64,000 nucleotides of DNA from Candidatus Falkowbacteria bacterium (GCA_016432645.1 CP066698.1:773062-837061); one strand, 5' to 3'. Positions 17,191-26,228 are shown, numbered from the stretch's first letter. The notes: generated from the sequence alone by a model not told the origin. Numbers and translations: made by a program.

Positions 17191-17199
17191 TTTACTATG

Positions 17200-17273
17200 A
17201 GGCTTGAGTGGGAGTCGAACCCACGAATGGCAGTTTTGCAAACTGCAGCGTTAGACCACTTCGCCATCAAGCC
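17200..17273 (-). tRNA. tRNA-Cys (anticodon GCA)
   Basis: Reverse complement gives acceptor GGCTTGA/TCAAGCC, anticodon arm GCAGT-TTGCAAA-ACTGC and T-loop GGTTCGACTCC. No encoded CCA. Confidence 0.85.
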
Positions 17274-17295
17274 ATTAATTGGATTTTAGCCTATC

Positions 17296-18339
17296 TTATT
17301 TAAGTTGTAAACTGGGATCAACTCGTAATTTAGAGAAATCAGTAGGTTTGCTGGATAAATATTTAAAAAATCCCGCCGCCGCAATCATGGCAGCGTTATC
17401 AGTGGTGTATTCTAAAGCAGGGACAAGAAAATTAACCTTTTTTAATCCTGTTTCTACTTGTATTTTTAATTGTATCCTTAATTCTTTATTAGCACTGACG
17501 CCGCCTGAGAGCATAATTGTCTTAGCCCCAGTTTTTTTGGCGGCTTTTATGGTTTTGCCAGCCAAAACATCAATAATTGCTTGTTGGTAGGCAAAACAGT
17601 ATTCCGGAATTCGTTTTTTCCAAGTTTTATCTTTTTTTAATTGGTACAGAAGGGCGGTTTTAAGGCCGGAAAAGGAAAAATCTGGCTTGGCAGAATTTAG
17701 CATCGGCCGCGGAAGTTCAATATTAGTTTGGAGTTCAGGGTTATTTTGAGCATATTCGGCAGCATATTTAGAGATTATCGGCCCGCCAGGGTAGCCCAAG
17801 CCCATCATTTTTGCGCCTTTATCATAGGCTTCACCGGCCGCATCGTCCAAAGTTTCCCCGATTATTTTAATTTTATGGTTTTTATCCATTAAAACGAGAT
17901 TGGTATGACCGCCAGAAACAGTTAAAATTAGGGCCGGGTAATTAATTTTGGTTTCGGGGTTGATGAAGTTGGAAAAAATATGCCCGCTAATATGATTAAC
18001 CTCTATAACTGGTTTGTTCCAGGCAAAAGCTAAGGCGCGCACCGTTTCTAGACCGGTAATGAGGGAGGTAATCAGTCCTGGGCCCTTAGTGACAGCGATT
18101 AAATCTAATTTTTTAGCGCTGAGATTAGCGATTTGCAAAGCCTCTTCAATAACTGGTAGGATGTTTAAGACATGTTCGCGGGCAGCTACTTCTGGCACAA
18201 CCCCACCATATTTCTGATGAATAGCAATCTGAGAAGAAATAATATTAGATAAAACCAAAAGACGCCCGGTTTTAGGATTGGCTTTAATTATGGAAGCGGC
18301 GGTCTCATCGCAGCTGGTTTCAATGCCTAGAATATACAT
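17296..18339 (-). CDS. tsaD: tRNA N6-adenosine threonylcarbamoyltransferase TsaD
   Basis: MYILGIETSCDETAAS N-terminus, HISGH metal motif and Kae1/Gcp length. Confidence 0.95.
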   Translation of the reverse strand: MYILGIETSCDETAASIIKANPKTGRLLVLSNIISSQIAIHQKYGGVVPEVAAREHVLNILPVIEEALQIANLSAKKLDLIAVTKGPGLITSLITGLETVRALAFAWNKPVIEVNHISGHIFSNFINPETKINYPALILTVSGGHTNLVLMDKNHKIKIIGETLDDAAGEAYDKGAKMMGLGYPGGPIISKYAAEYAQNNPELQTNIELPRPMLNSAKPDFSFSGLKTALLYQLKKDKTWKKRIPEYCFAYQQAIIDVLAGKTIKAAKKTGAKTIMLSGGVSANKELRIQLKIQVETGLKKVNFLVPALEYTTDNAAMIAAAGFFKYLSSKPTDFSKLRVDPSLQLK

Positions 18340-18422
18340 ATATGTATTGTAGATTATTTTAGGAAAAAGACAAACAGTGCTATAATTTAAATATCAGAAC
18401 CTGATAATTATTCGTGATTTTT

Positions 18423-19121
18423 ATGAAAATAGACGCCAAAAAAGTAATCCTAGCTTTTATTTTATTGGTTATTGTCATTTTTGTTTTTGTCGTAGGAGTA
18501 ATTCTTTCAGGCCGTTATATTTTGACAACTAAAAATTTAGCTCAAAATAATAATGCCAGCTTACCTGAAAATTCAGCGGCTAATTTATTTCCGGAGAGCG
18601 GCTTGCCGGCGGAAGCTATTAGTAATGATGATTCAGAATTTTTAGCTTTTATTAATACTAGCGCTAAAGATGGAGATCTTGGATATTTTAAAAAAGTTGA
18701 CGAGACAGATTTAATTCTAACTAATATTAATAATTTAGTTTCTATCGCTGGCGATGGCAGCACTACGACAATTAATTTTTTTGATATTTCTGGCCAACCG
18801 TTATTTTTCAAATCCGACCCGGCATATTATGGCGAGGAAATTGAGTATAGCCCCAATCGAGATTACGCTTTAGAAATTTCTACCAGCGAGCCCGACTCTT
18901 CCGCTTCACTTTGGGATTTAACAAACCAGAAAGTTTATTACTTAGCTCAATGCGGCACAGCTTGCAATTTACGCGGCGGCTATTGGTTAAATAACGAACA
19001 ACTGCTAGTTTTTGGAATCGAAGAAAATTATAATGTTAATCTGGATAAGTTTCAAGAGGTGAGATTTATAAATATTTATGATTTAGTTAAGAAAATTAAA
19101 TCAGTCTATTCGGATGAGTAG
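18423..19121 (+). CDS. membrane-anchored hypothetical protein
   Basis: ORF 18414..19121. ATG at 18423 followed by a single N-terminal TM helix. No family recognised. Confidence 0.5.
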   Translation: MKIDAKKVILAFILLVIVIFVFVVGVILSGRYILTTKNLAQNNNASLPENSAANLFPESGLPAEAISNDDSEFLAFINTSAKDGDLGYFKKVDETDLILTNINNLVSIAGDGSTTTINFFDISGQPLFFKSDPAYYGEEIEYSPNRDYALEISTSEPDSSASLWDLTNQKVYYLAQCGTACNLRGGYWLNNEQLLVFGIEENYNVNLDKFQEVRFINIYDLVKKIKSVYSDE

Positions 19122-19130
19122 TTAACCTAT

Positions 19131-19982
19131 ATGTTGAATTTAAAAATCGGTTTTATCGGCCAGGGATTCATCGGCAAAAATTACGCCGATGATTTTGTAA
19201 ATCGTGGCTATGAAGTTATCCGCTATTCTTTGGAGCCGGAATATGCCGCCAATCGAGAAAAAATTTCTCAGTGTGATTTGGTTTTTATCGCCGTTCCCAC
19301 ACCGACTAAGCGCGCCGGTTTTGATGATAGTTATTTGCAAGCCGTCTTGCCGTTAATTGGCCAGGGAAAATCGGCGATTATTAAATCAACAATTATTCCA
19401 GGAACTTGTGAAAAATTACAAAGTTTATTCCCCGAGATTTTTGTTTTTCATTCTCCGGAATTTTTAACTGAAAAAACCGCGGCCTTTGATGCTGCCAACC
19501 CGACTCGTAATATTGTTGGCTATCCGATAGATAACGAAGAATATAAAATGCGCGCTCAGATCGTATTAGATGTTTTGCCTTCAGCACCAGTTAGTTTTAT
19601 TTGCTGCGCTAAAGAAGCAGAACTTATAAAATACGCAAGTAATTGTTTTTTAATGACTAAAGTTGTTTATGCTAATGTTTTATATGATTTAGCCGCCAGG
19701 GAAAATTTAGATTGGAGCAAGATTCAAGCAGGCATGGGCTCTGACCCGCGAATCGGAATGAGTCATCTAAATCCAATTCATCAATCTGGCGTCAACGGTA
19801 AAATTGGCCGGGGTGCCGGCGGTCACTGTTTTGTTAAAGACTTTGCGGCTTTACGGATGTACGCTGAAGGACGGGGCTTAGATAATGCTGGTTTGGAGTT
19901 TCTAAAAGCGATTGAAAATAAGAATTTGGAGCTTTTGCGAAATAGCGATAAAGATTTAGATATCTTAGCCGATATTTATTAG
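19131..19982 (+). CDS. UDP-glucose/GDP-mannose dehydrogenase family-like NAD-binding protein (short form)
   Basis: Rossmann N-terminus IGFIGQGFIGKN, SPEFLTEKTA...P.RNIVG and GGHCFVKD motifs resemble the UDP-glucose 6-dehydrogenase N-terminal and central domains. The C-terminal UDP-binding domain is absent. Confidence 0.55.
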   Translation: MLNLKIGFIGQGFIGKNYADDFVNRGYEVIRYSLEPEYAANREKISQCDLVFIAVPTPTKRAGFDDSYLQAVLPLIGQGKSAIIKSTIIPGTCEKLQSLFPEIFVFHSPEFLTEKTAAFDAANPTRNIVGYPIDNEEYKMRAQIVLDVLPSAPVSFICCAKEAELIKYASNCFLMTKVVYANVLYDLAARENLDWSKIQAGMGSDPRIGMSHLNPIHQSGVNGKIGRGAGGHCFVKDFAALRMYAEGRGLDNAGLEFLKAIENKNLELLRNSDKDLDILADIY

Positions 19983-20074
19983 ATTTTGGCTATTGACAGA
20001 ACGCCAGCTTTTATATAAAATGTATTTGAATCTAAGCACTTAGATTTTTATTTTATCTCAATTTGAGAAATTTT

Positions 20075-20146
20075 GGTCCCTTCGTCTAGTGGTTAGGACG
20101 TCAGGTTTTCATCCTGTTAACAGGGGTTCGATTCCCCTAGGGACTA
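20075..20146 (+). tRNA. tRNA-Glu (anticodon TTC)
   Basis: Acceptor GGTCCCT/AGGGACT (G-U closing pair), anticodon loop TTTTCAT, T-loop GGTTCGATTCC. No encoded CCA. Confidence 0.9.
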
Positions 20147-20155
20147 CGAAGTAAG

Positions 20156-20180
20156 AAATAGGTTAATAGCCTATTTTTTG
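20156..20180 (+). terminator. terminator after tRNA-Glu
   Basis: ATAGG-TTAATAG-CCTAT hairpin followed by TTTTTT. Confidence 0.5.
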
Positions 20181-20244
20181 TTGACTCTCGTTAGTTTTTG
20201 GGATGTGTTATAATAAAAAGGCCAATATTTTGAAGCGATAAATT

Positions 20245-21024
20245 ATGTATCCAAAATTAAGGAAAATTTTATTAGTAGTTTTTTTGCTTGTTTTGGTTAT
20301 CTCTTACTTTTTAAAAGACAACTATAAGACCGTTAAAAATATTCAGCCCGAAGTTTTAAAGGCTCCCCTGCAAGACGTCGTGGATAGTAACGAGCCTATC
20401 CAATTTTCTCAGGATGGCTTTGCTTATCACTTAACGCCGGTAGCTAAATATCAAATCCAAGGATTGGTTGTGAGCCAAATGGATTATCGTTTCTTTAGTA
20501 TTTATAATTCCGACAGCGTTTTTCCGGTTGACCTCTGTTTAACCTGGGGAGATAATCTAGCAAATAAAAGCTATCAGGAAAAACAACTCTCGTTTTCTCA
20601 AGATGCGCGTTTTTGTTTTTATAAGTGGCGCGGTGAAACAGCAATTAACCCCGATTTAATATCCAATAATCATTTAATTGCCAGCGATTCAAAAATTTTA
20701 TCAATAATTAATAAAATTAAAGCGGGTGATCAGGTATTAATTTCTGGTTATTTAGTGGATGTAAAAGCGGATAAAGCTGGTCAAGTTAGCGATTACGACC
20801 CTAGTTCATTCAGTCTTAAATCAAGTTTGACGAGAACAGACACTGGCGCCGGTGCTTGTGAAATTATCTACGTTGATGATATTAAGATAGTTCAAGTTGC
20901 TCATCCAATTTGGTCGTTCTTATTTGATTTTAGTTTTTATGCGCTCGCCGTATTAATATTTTTAGGTTTTGTTAACTTTATAATTTATTCTTATGTTCAT
21001 AAGCCAGGTCGGAAAACCGACTAA
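20245..21024 (+). CDS. hypothetical membrane protein
   Basis: 259-aa ORF with N-terminal and C-terminal TM helices. No family recognised. Confidence 0.5.
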   Translation: MYPKLRKILLVVFLLVLVISYFLKDNYKTVKNIQPEVLKAPLQDVVDSNEPIQFSQDGFAYHLTPVAKYQIQGLVVSQMDYRFFSIYNSDSVFPVDLCLTWGDNLANKSYQEKQLSFSQDARFCFYKWRGETAINPDLISNNHLIASDSKILSIINKIKAGDQVLISGYLVDVKADKAGQVSDYDPSSFSLKSSLTRTDTGAGACEIIYVDDIKIVQVAHPIWSFLFDFSFYALAVLIFLGFVNFIIYSYVHKPGRKTD

Positions 21025-21307
21025 AATTAAAAAAGCCATTTACCTTGTCGCCTTTATATTTTTTGGGCTTTTGTTGAGTTTTAATCTCCATAGCTTAATG
21101 GAAGTAGGCTATTTGGAATTGGCGGCGCGCCATAATCTGGCCGTTCATTTTTATGGTATTTGTGCTTTGCCACCATTTATCCAAATTTTATTGCCAATTT
21201 TGGGAATTATTTTCGGGCTCTATTTCGGTTTATATTGGTGGCGGAAGATTTATCTAGAAAGATGCCTGGATAAATTTTATGGGAAAGTTAAAAATAAAAA
21301 AGTTTAG
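20993..21307 (+). CDS. small membrane protein
   Basis: 104-aa ORF with three hydrophobic helices. Overlaps the upstream gene by 32 nt. Confidence 0.4.
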   Translation: MFISQVGKPTKIKKAIYLVAFIFFGLLLSFNLHSLMEVGYLELAARHNLAVHFYGICALPPFIQILLPILGIIFGLYFGLYWWRKIYLERCLDKFYGKVKNKKV

Positions 21308-21346
21308 ATGTATTTGACATAAATTCAACAGATGTTAAGATAATTC

Positions 21347-21368
21347 GACTGAAATAATCAGTCTTTTT
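21347..21368 (+). terminator. rho-independent terminator
   Basis: GACTGA-AATAA-TCAGTC followed by TTTTT, about 40 nt after the stop at 21307. Confidence 0.55.
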
Positions 21369-21409
21369 GTTATTTAAAAATTAATATTAACCAATAAAAA
21401 TAAATTGTC

Positions 21410-22468
21410 ATGGAAAGAGATGGTTTTGTTTTTGAAAGAGAAGAGTTGTTTAAGATTGCTGATTGTAAATATGGCGAAAATGCCTATCAATCGCCCGCCG
21501 CTTTGTTTTGTTTGTTTGACTCTATGAGCCGCGATCCTTTTAGTTTGGACAAATTCCGGTTAATTTCCGGTACACCGCTCAGTTACAATAATTATTGTGA
21601 TTTGGATCGCTTGCTGCAGACAATGACGCATATTGCGGCGACTTTTGATTTGAATTGCGGTTCAACCCCCTTCATCGCGGTCGGCGTTAAACACGGCAAC
21701 GCTTGCGGGGCTGGCGTTCATGATATTGATCGCCATGAAACAATTAAGCGGACAGTGACCGGTGACCCCCAAGCCTTGTTTGGTGGATTGGTAATGTTGA
21801 ATTTTGCGGTTGATGTTGAGGAGGCGGAATTGCTGCTGTCTTATAAAACAGAAGTCAGGCGACTGCTTGATGGCGTTATCGCTCCCTGGTTCAGTCCCGA
21901 AGCGATTGAACTCTTAAAGCGTAAAGGCGACAAATGTCGCTTTGTGGCTAATAGTGCCTTGGCCGAATTAGATCGCCATAGTCTGGATAAGGAGCCGATT
22001 GTTCGTTATGTGCGCGGCGGTTTTTTGGCTCAGCCGAATTATACTTACATTTTGGATATCAATGACCCTGATTTAAAAAAATACGGCGCGGTCAAAGAAA
22101 TTCAGGAGTATGATTTTATGCTCGCTAAAGCAATTTGCGATACCAGCAACTCCAACACCATCACTATCGTTAAAGACGGCCAGCTACTTGGTAACGGTGT
22201 CGGTCAACAATCGCGAATTGGCGGAGCGAAGTTAGCCATTAGGACGGCTAAAGATAGCTGTCATAATTATTCTGGCGCCGTAGCCGTAAGCGACAGCTTT
22301 TTCCCTTTCACCGACGGCGTCGAAACTTTAGTGGTCGCCGGTATCACTGCTATTCTCAGTACCAGCGGCTCGGTTAATGACCCAAAAGTTATTGATTATT
22401 GCAATCAATGTGAAGTCCCTCTTTGGCTTATCCCTGACACTAAAGGTCGGGGATTTTACAATCACTAA
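21410..22468 (+). CDS. purH: AICAR transformylase domain protein (PurH C-terminal domain only)
   Basis: Begins at the PurH motif KYGENAYQ and ends with VSDSFFPFTDG...GSVND. The roughly 200-aa MGS-like IMP cyclohydrolase domain of bifunctional PurH is absent. Confidence 0.75.
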   Translation: MERDGFVFEREELFKIADCKYGENAYQSPAALFCLFDSMSRDPFSLDKFRLISGTPLSYNNYCDLDRLLQTMTHIAATFDLNCGSTPFIAVGVKHGNACGAGVHDIDRHETIKRTVTGDPQALFGGLVMLNFAVDVEEAELLLSYKTEVRRLLDGVIAPWFSPEAIELLKRKGDKCRFVANSALAELDRHSLDKEPIVRYVRGGFLAQPNYTYILDINDPDLKKYGAVKEIQEYDFMLAKAICDTSNSNTITIVKDGQLLGNGVGQQSRIGGAKLAIRTAKDSCHNYSGAVAVSDSFFPFTDGVETLVVAGITAILSTSGSVNDPKVIDYCNQCEVPLWLIPDTKGRGFYNH

Positions 22469-22503
22469 AATTATTTTTAAACTTACTATGTAAAAAGCAA
22501 AAA

Positions 22504-22542
22504 CCCCATCGGATATCAATTCTGATGGGGTTTCTTTTTTTT
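22504..22542. terminator. bidirectional terminator shared by convergent purH-like and purO-like genes
   Basis: About 10-bp stem CCCCATCGGA/TTCTGATGGGG, A-run before and long T-run after. Confidence 0.7.
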
Positions 22543-22555
22543 GGTTTTTTGTTTT

Positions 22556-23296
22556 TTAAACTTCAACTTGAGAATATTGATTGACCACGTTGATTTTGCT
22601 GGTGCCGGTAGCAATATCGATGAATTTTACCGCGAGAGAGACGCGGTTATCTTCGTTGAGAGCTTTCCAGAAAGTATCCAGAATTTCATCAGCACTGCCG
22701 GATAAGGGCAATAAATATGGCTGCCCAGAGAACGACGGCAGGGGATTACCATCACCGGAATAGGTGGTAATGCAATAACCAAATCCCGGTTTCAGATTTA
22801 CCAGATGAGGAACCCTGAGGCAAGTTTCATTTTTACCGTCTTTTCTGAAGATGACCATTTCGGCCGTGTAATCTTCTGAATCGTGTCCCAAGAAAATTGA
22901 GGCAGTAATTCTTGGCGTAAAATTTGGCTCGTCCGGTTCGTAAGACCATTTTTTTAGTAATGGTAAAATTCCAGTGTTTGCCGGGCCGTTAATTACTGCC
23001 ATTGTTTGGTGACCGTTGCTTACTACAAACCGTAGGTTTTTTTCCGCCATCGCAGTATAAATAATCAGGCTTGGGTCTTTGACTAAGTCTGGATTGGCGG
23101 GAGCTGTCCGGACAAGGCCACCATCTTTATCAAAGATAAAAATACGGTTTCTGGAATTTTCGCTTCGACCCATAATCCAATAAACCTGGATTAAATACTG
23201 TCCGCTCTCATCCATACCGCAGATAATACCGCGTCCGGGATAAACATTTTGGCGCAAAAGTTCAAGATTCTTTTGAGCAATTTCTTTTCTGTTCAT
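22556..23296 (-). CDS. purO: IMP cyclohydrolase, archaeal PurO-like family
   Basis: N-terminal YPGRGIICG...YWIMGRSENSRNRIF and DPSLIIY...VSNGHQT motifs typical of PurO-type IMP cyclohydrolase. ATG at 23296 preferred over TTG at 23317. Confidence 0.7.
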   Translation of the reverse strand: MNRKEIAQKNLELLRQNVYPGRGIICGMDESGQYLIQVYWIMGRSENSRNRIFIFDKDGGLVRTAPANPDLVKDPSLIIYTAMAEKNLRFVVSNGHQTMAVINGPANTGILPLLKKWSYEPDEPNFTPRITASIFLGHDSEDYTAEMVIFRKDGKNETCLRVPHLVNLKPGFGYCITTYSGDGNPLPSFSGQPYLLPLSGSADEILDTFWKALNEDNRVSLAVKFIDIATGTSKINVVNQYSQVEV

Positions 23297-23422
23297 TACT
23301 ATGATTTTAATGTTCAATATATAGACCGTTCCGCATTTCCCAGCGGATTAGGTAGGCTTATTAGCTTCTAAAAATTAAAACATAGTTTTTATCGGCAGTC
23401 AACTAGTTGTTTGGCTAACATT

Positions 23423-23451
23423 TTGCGATTTTAGCTATTCATTGCTATATT
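23423..23451 (+). promoter_or_regulatory. sigma70-like promoter for 23477 gene
   Basis: TTGCGA, 17-nt spacer, TGcTATATT extended -10. Confidence 0.45.
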
Positions 23452-23476
23452 AAAGAAGTAAATATTTTCTAAATTT

Positions 23477-24013
23477 ATGCTCATCCCTATTTTAATTATC
23501 ATTCTCTCTTTTATTATTATCGCGACTTTTGTCGTCGTTTTTTTTGGGTTGAACATGGTTTATATTAATTTAAAAACTCTCGTTCCCTGGGTGAAGACGC
23601 CGCTTAAAAATATACCAATTATTTTAGACACAATTAATCTGCCGGCCGGTTCTCTGGTTTATGATTTAGGCTGCGGCGATGGCCGTTTTTTGTTTATGGC
23701 TGAAAAACGAGGATTAAAAGCTGTCGGCTATGAACTCGCCCTTTATCCCTACTTAAAGGCGCAGTTTAATAAATTTTTACAAACTAGCCGCGTTAAAATT
23801 AAACGCCAAGATTTTCTCAAGCAAAATTTGAATGGCGCTGATGCAATTTTTATTTTTTTAAATGCTTTGGTGATGGAAAAAATTGGCCTGAAACTTAGAA
23901 AAAATTTAAAGCCGGGAATAACCGTTGTTTCTTACGGCATCCCTATCCCTGGGTGGGAGCCGTTAAAAACTTTAGAAACAAAACCGAGTCTTACCTATAT
24001 TTATAGAAGCTAA
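23477..24013 (+). CDS. membrane-anchored class I SAM-dependent methyltransferase
   Basis: N-terminal TM helix, then motif I VYDLGCGDGRF. Confidence 0.6.
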   Translation: MLIPILIIILSFIIIATFVVVFFGLNMVYINLKTLVPWVKTPLKNIPIILDTINLPAGSLVYDLGCGDGRFLFMAEKRGLKAVGYELALYPYLKAQFNKFLQTSRVKIKRQDFLKQNLNGADAIFIFLNALVMEKIGLKLRKNLKPGITVVSYGIPIPGWEPLKTLETKPSLTYIYRS

Positions 24014-24016
24014 AGT

Positions 24017-25021
24017 TTATTTAGCTAGCGATTTTAAAACTTGGAGATATAATTTTTCCACGATTTTTTGTTGTTTAGCCCCCATTTTAATATAGTGGTC
24101 TAAGCCGGGAGCGGAGTTAATTTCAATGACCCAGTATTTTTTAGTGTCTTGGCTTATGTCGCCGGCAATCATCAAGTCTACGCCGCATAAACGCAGGCCC
24201 ATATCTTGGGTTAATTTTATGGCTAACTTTTTAAATTTAGGATGAATTTTTTCGGTGACCTCAATTGATTCGCCGCCTGTAGAAAGATTGGCATTATCTA
24301 GGAGAACAACTTTTTTACCAGCTTTGATTACCGAATTTAATTTTAGTTTTTGCAGCTTTAAATTATTAAGCAGGCGTTTGTCTTCTAATTTTAAGCGGGC
24401 GGGGCGTTTTATTTTAATAAAATAATCTAGTTTGGCCTTTATCAAATCTTTAACGCGTGTGCGCCCATCGCCGGTAACGCTAAACGGCAGGCGCTCGTAA
24501 GCAGAAATTATTTTACCGTCTAAAACGACAAGACGATAATCGTGGCCGCTGACAATTTTTTGCACTAGGGCGATATTATCATGGGCGAAGATTTTGCTTA
24601 GAGCTTTCTTTAATTCTGCTAAATTATTTACTTTAATTACGTTCATTCCTTGGCTGCCGCTGTTGGGCTTGGCAATTAAAGGAAAGCCGATTTTTTTGGC
24701 ATATTTTTCGGCGGCCTTAATATTTTTATGAGACCCAATTACTTCGCACCAGTAATCTGAGAAAAAAGTATCGCCGATAATAGTCGGATAACCCATTTTT
24801 TTCATAAAAAAATTAGCGTAGTCTTTATCCTTAGCAATTTCGGAAGCACCGAGAGTATTTAAGTCTAAGCTGGAATAACGGAAATATCTTTTTTTGCCGT
24901 TCTTAAAAATTATTTGTCCGGCAATACCCCACTCGGGTTCAATAATTACTCGGGCGCCGATGCGCGGCGCTAATTTTTTAAACAGCGGGGCGACAATGGA
25001 GCTTAATTTAGAGGATTTCAT
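24017..25021 (-). CDS. ATP-grasp domain protein (cyanophycin synthetase N-terminal / RimK-like)
   Basis: FPLIAKPNSGSQG, ALVQKIVSGHDYRLVVLDGK and WVIEINSAPGLDHY ATP-grasp motifs. ATG at 25021 preferred over TTG at 25048. Confidence 0.65.
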   Translation of the reverse strand: MKSSKLSSIVAPLFKKLAPRIGARVIIEPEWGIAGQIIFKNGKKRYFRYSSLDLNTLGASEIAKDKDYANFFMKKMGYPTIIGDTFFSDYWCEVIGSHKNIKAAEKYAKKIGFPLIAKPNSGSQGMNVIKVNNLAELKKALSKIFAHDNIALVQKIVSGHDYRLVVLDGKIISAYERLPFSVTGDGRTRVKDLIKAKLDYFIKIKRPARLKLEDKRLLNNLKLQKLKLNSVIKAGKKVVLLDNANLSTGGESIEVTEKIHPKFKKLAIKLTQDMGLRLCGVDLMIAGDISQDTKKYWVIEINSAPGLDHYIKMGAKQQKIVEKLYLQVLKSLAK

Positions 25022-25125
25022 ATTAGTGTTAGTTTTTGGAGCTAGCAAGTTTTATCATAGCAAATACTGGTTTTTTATTCTAGATTTCATCGCTTTTCTG
25101 TGATTTTTCTGCTATAATCAAACAC

Positions 25126-26163
25126 ATGAAATATCGGCTTTATACAACTTCCAATAAAGCCTGGGACGGAATGTTCCGGGCGATGGCGAAAGCAGTGCAT
25201 TCAATTTATTTGGAGATGTATATTTTAGTTGATGACACTAATAAAACACATAATTTTTTTCAGCTCTTAAAAGATAAAGCCCGGAGCGGAGTGGAGGTCG
25301 TTATTATTGCTGATGCTTATGGCAGCTCTTCGCTAAAGGCGTCTAACATCAAAGAATTAAGGGAGGCGGGCGCGGAATTTATTTTTTTCAGCCATTGGCT
25401 GAAGAGGACTCATCGCAAGATTTTAATAATTGATAATCGAGTAGCTTTTTTGGGCGGCGTTAATATTGAGGAAAAGATTAGAGATTGGCGCGATTTGCAG
25501 ATAAAGATGGAAGGCGGAGCTGTTAAATTTATTCTAAAATCATTTGCTAATTCTTATCGCAAATGCGGCGGCAAGCGTGAGTCAATTTTACATTTTTCTT
25601 TTACGCCCTTATCTCATAAATTAAAATATTGGGTAATGGATAATTGGCGCGGTACTGGTAAGAAATATTATTTAAATGATTATTACCGCGAGAAAATTGC
25701 CGGCGCTAAATTTTTAATTCAAATTGTCACGCCTTATTTATTACCGCCGCGCTGGTTGATTGCTGCTTTGGATGATGCCTGTCGCCGCGGCGTTAAGGTG
25801 GAAATAATAATCCCGGCGCATACTGATATTCCCGCTTTAGATAAAATTAACTATCTTAATTGCTGCCGCTTAGCTCATATCGGCGTTTCCTTCTGGCTGA
25901 CTAAAAGCATGAATCATGCCAAGCTGATGTTAATTGATAACTCTGAAGGGCTGGTTGGTTCTCAGAATATGGATATTCTGTCTTTCGGCTGGAATTTTGA
26001 GGTTGGTATATTTTCCCAGCAAAAAAACCTCGTGGCTGACTTAAAAAATATTATTGAAACTTGGAAATCGGAAGCCCGGCCATTTAGTAATGAATACCGA
26101 AAAATCAGCCGGGGAGACAAATTGTTAATCGGTTTTTTGCGGTTTTTTTACCCCATCTTTTAA
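25126..26163 (+). CDS. phospholipase D / cardiolipin synthase-like protein (two HKD motifs, no TM segment)
   Basis: HRKILIIDNRVAFLGGVN and HAKLMLIDNSEGLVGSQN. Confidence 0.75.
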   Translation: MKYRLYTTSNKAWDGMFRAMAKAVHSIYLEMYILVDDTNKTHNFFQLLKDKARSGVEVVIIADAYGSSSLKASNIKELREAGAEFIFFSHWLKRTHRKILIIDNRVAFLGGVNIEEKIRDWRDLQIKMEGGAVKFILKSFANSYRKCGGKRESILHFSFTPLSHKLKYWVMDNWRGTGKKYYLNDYYREKIAGAKFLIQIVTPYLLPPRWLIAALDDACRRGVKVEIIIPAHTDIPALDKINYLNCCRLAHIGVSFWLTKSMNHAKLMLIDNSEGLVGSQNMDILSFGWNFEVGIFSQQKNLVADLKNIIETWKSEARPFSNEYRKISRGDKLLIGFLRFFYPIF

Positions 26164-26196
26164 AATAACTATATTTTTTAGCCAACCAGAGAAATT

Positions 26197-26228
26197 CAAG
26201 GCGCTGATTGCCCAGGCCTTGTTTTTTT
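26197..26228 (+). terminator. rho-independent terminator
   Basis: CAAGGC...GCCTTG stem followed by TTTTTTT. Confidence 0.6.

Noticed and set aside
16621-17199. RNase P RNA, tmRNA, SRP RNA or 6S RNA in the gene-free region
   Set aside because: On neither strand is there a GAGGAAAGUCC-type CR-I element, a tRNA-like acceptor/T-arm 3' end, or an SRP domain IV motif. 6S RNA cannot be judged by eye. The region is therefore kept only as an unclassified ncRNA or origin candidate.
19993-20050. Promoter-like TTGACA-17-TAAAAT followed by the hairpin AATCTAAG/CTTAGATT plus T-run, before tRNA-Glu, as a second case of tRNA leader attenuation
   Set aside because: The hairpin lies about 45 nt after the stop of the upstream co-oriented gene (19982). 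It is most simply that gene's terminator.
21308-21409. ZTP (pfl) riboswitch upstream of the purH-like gene
   Set aside because: ZTP riboswitches commonly control purH, so I looked for one. The spacer is only about 100 nt and is mostly taken up by the upstream gene's terminator. It lacks the GC-rich conserved pfl core and pseudoknot segments.
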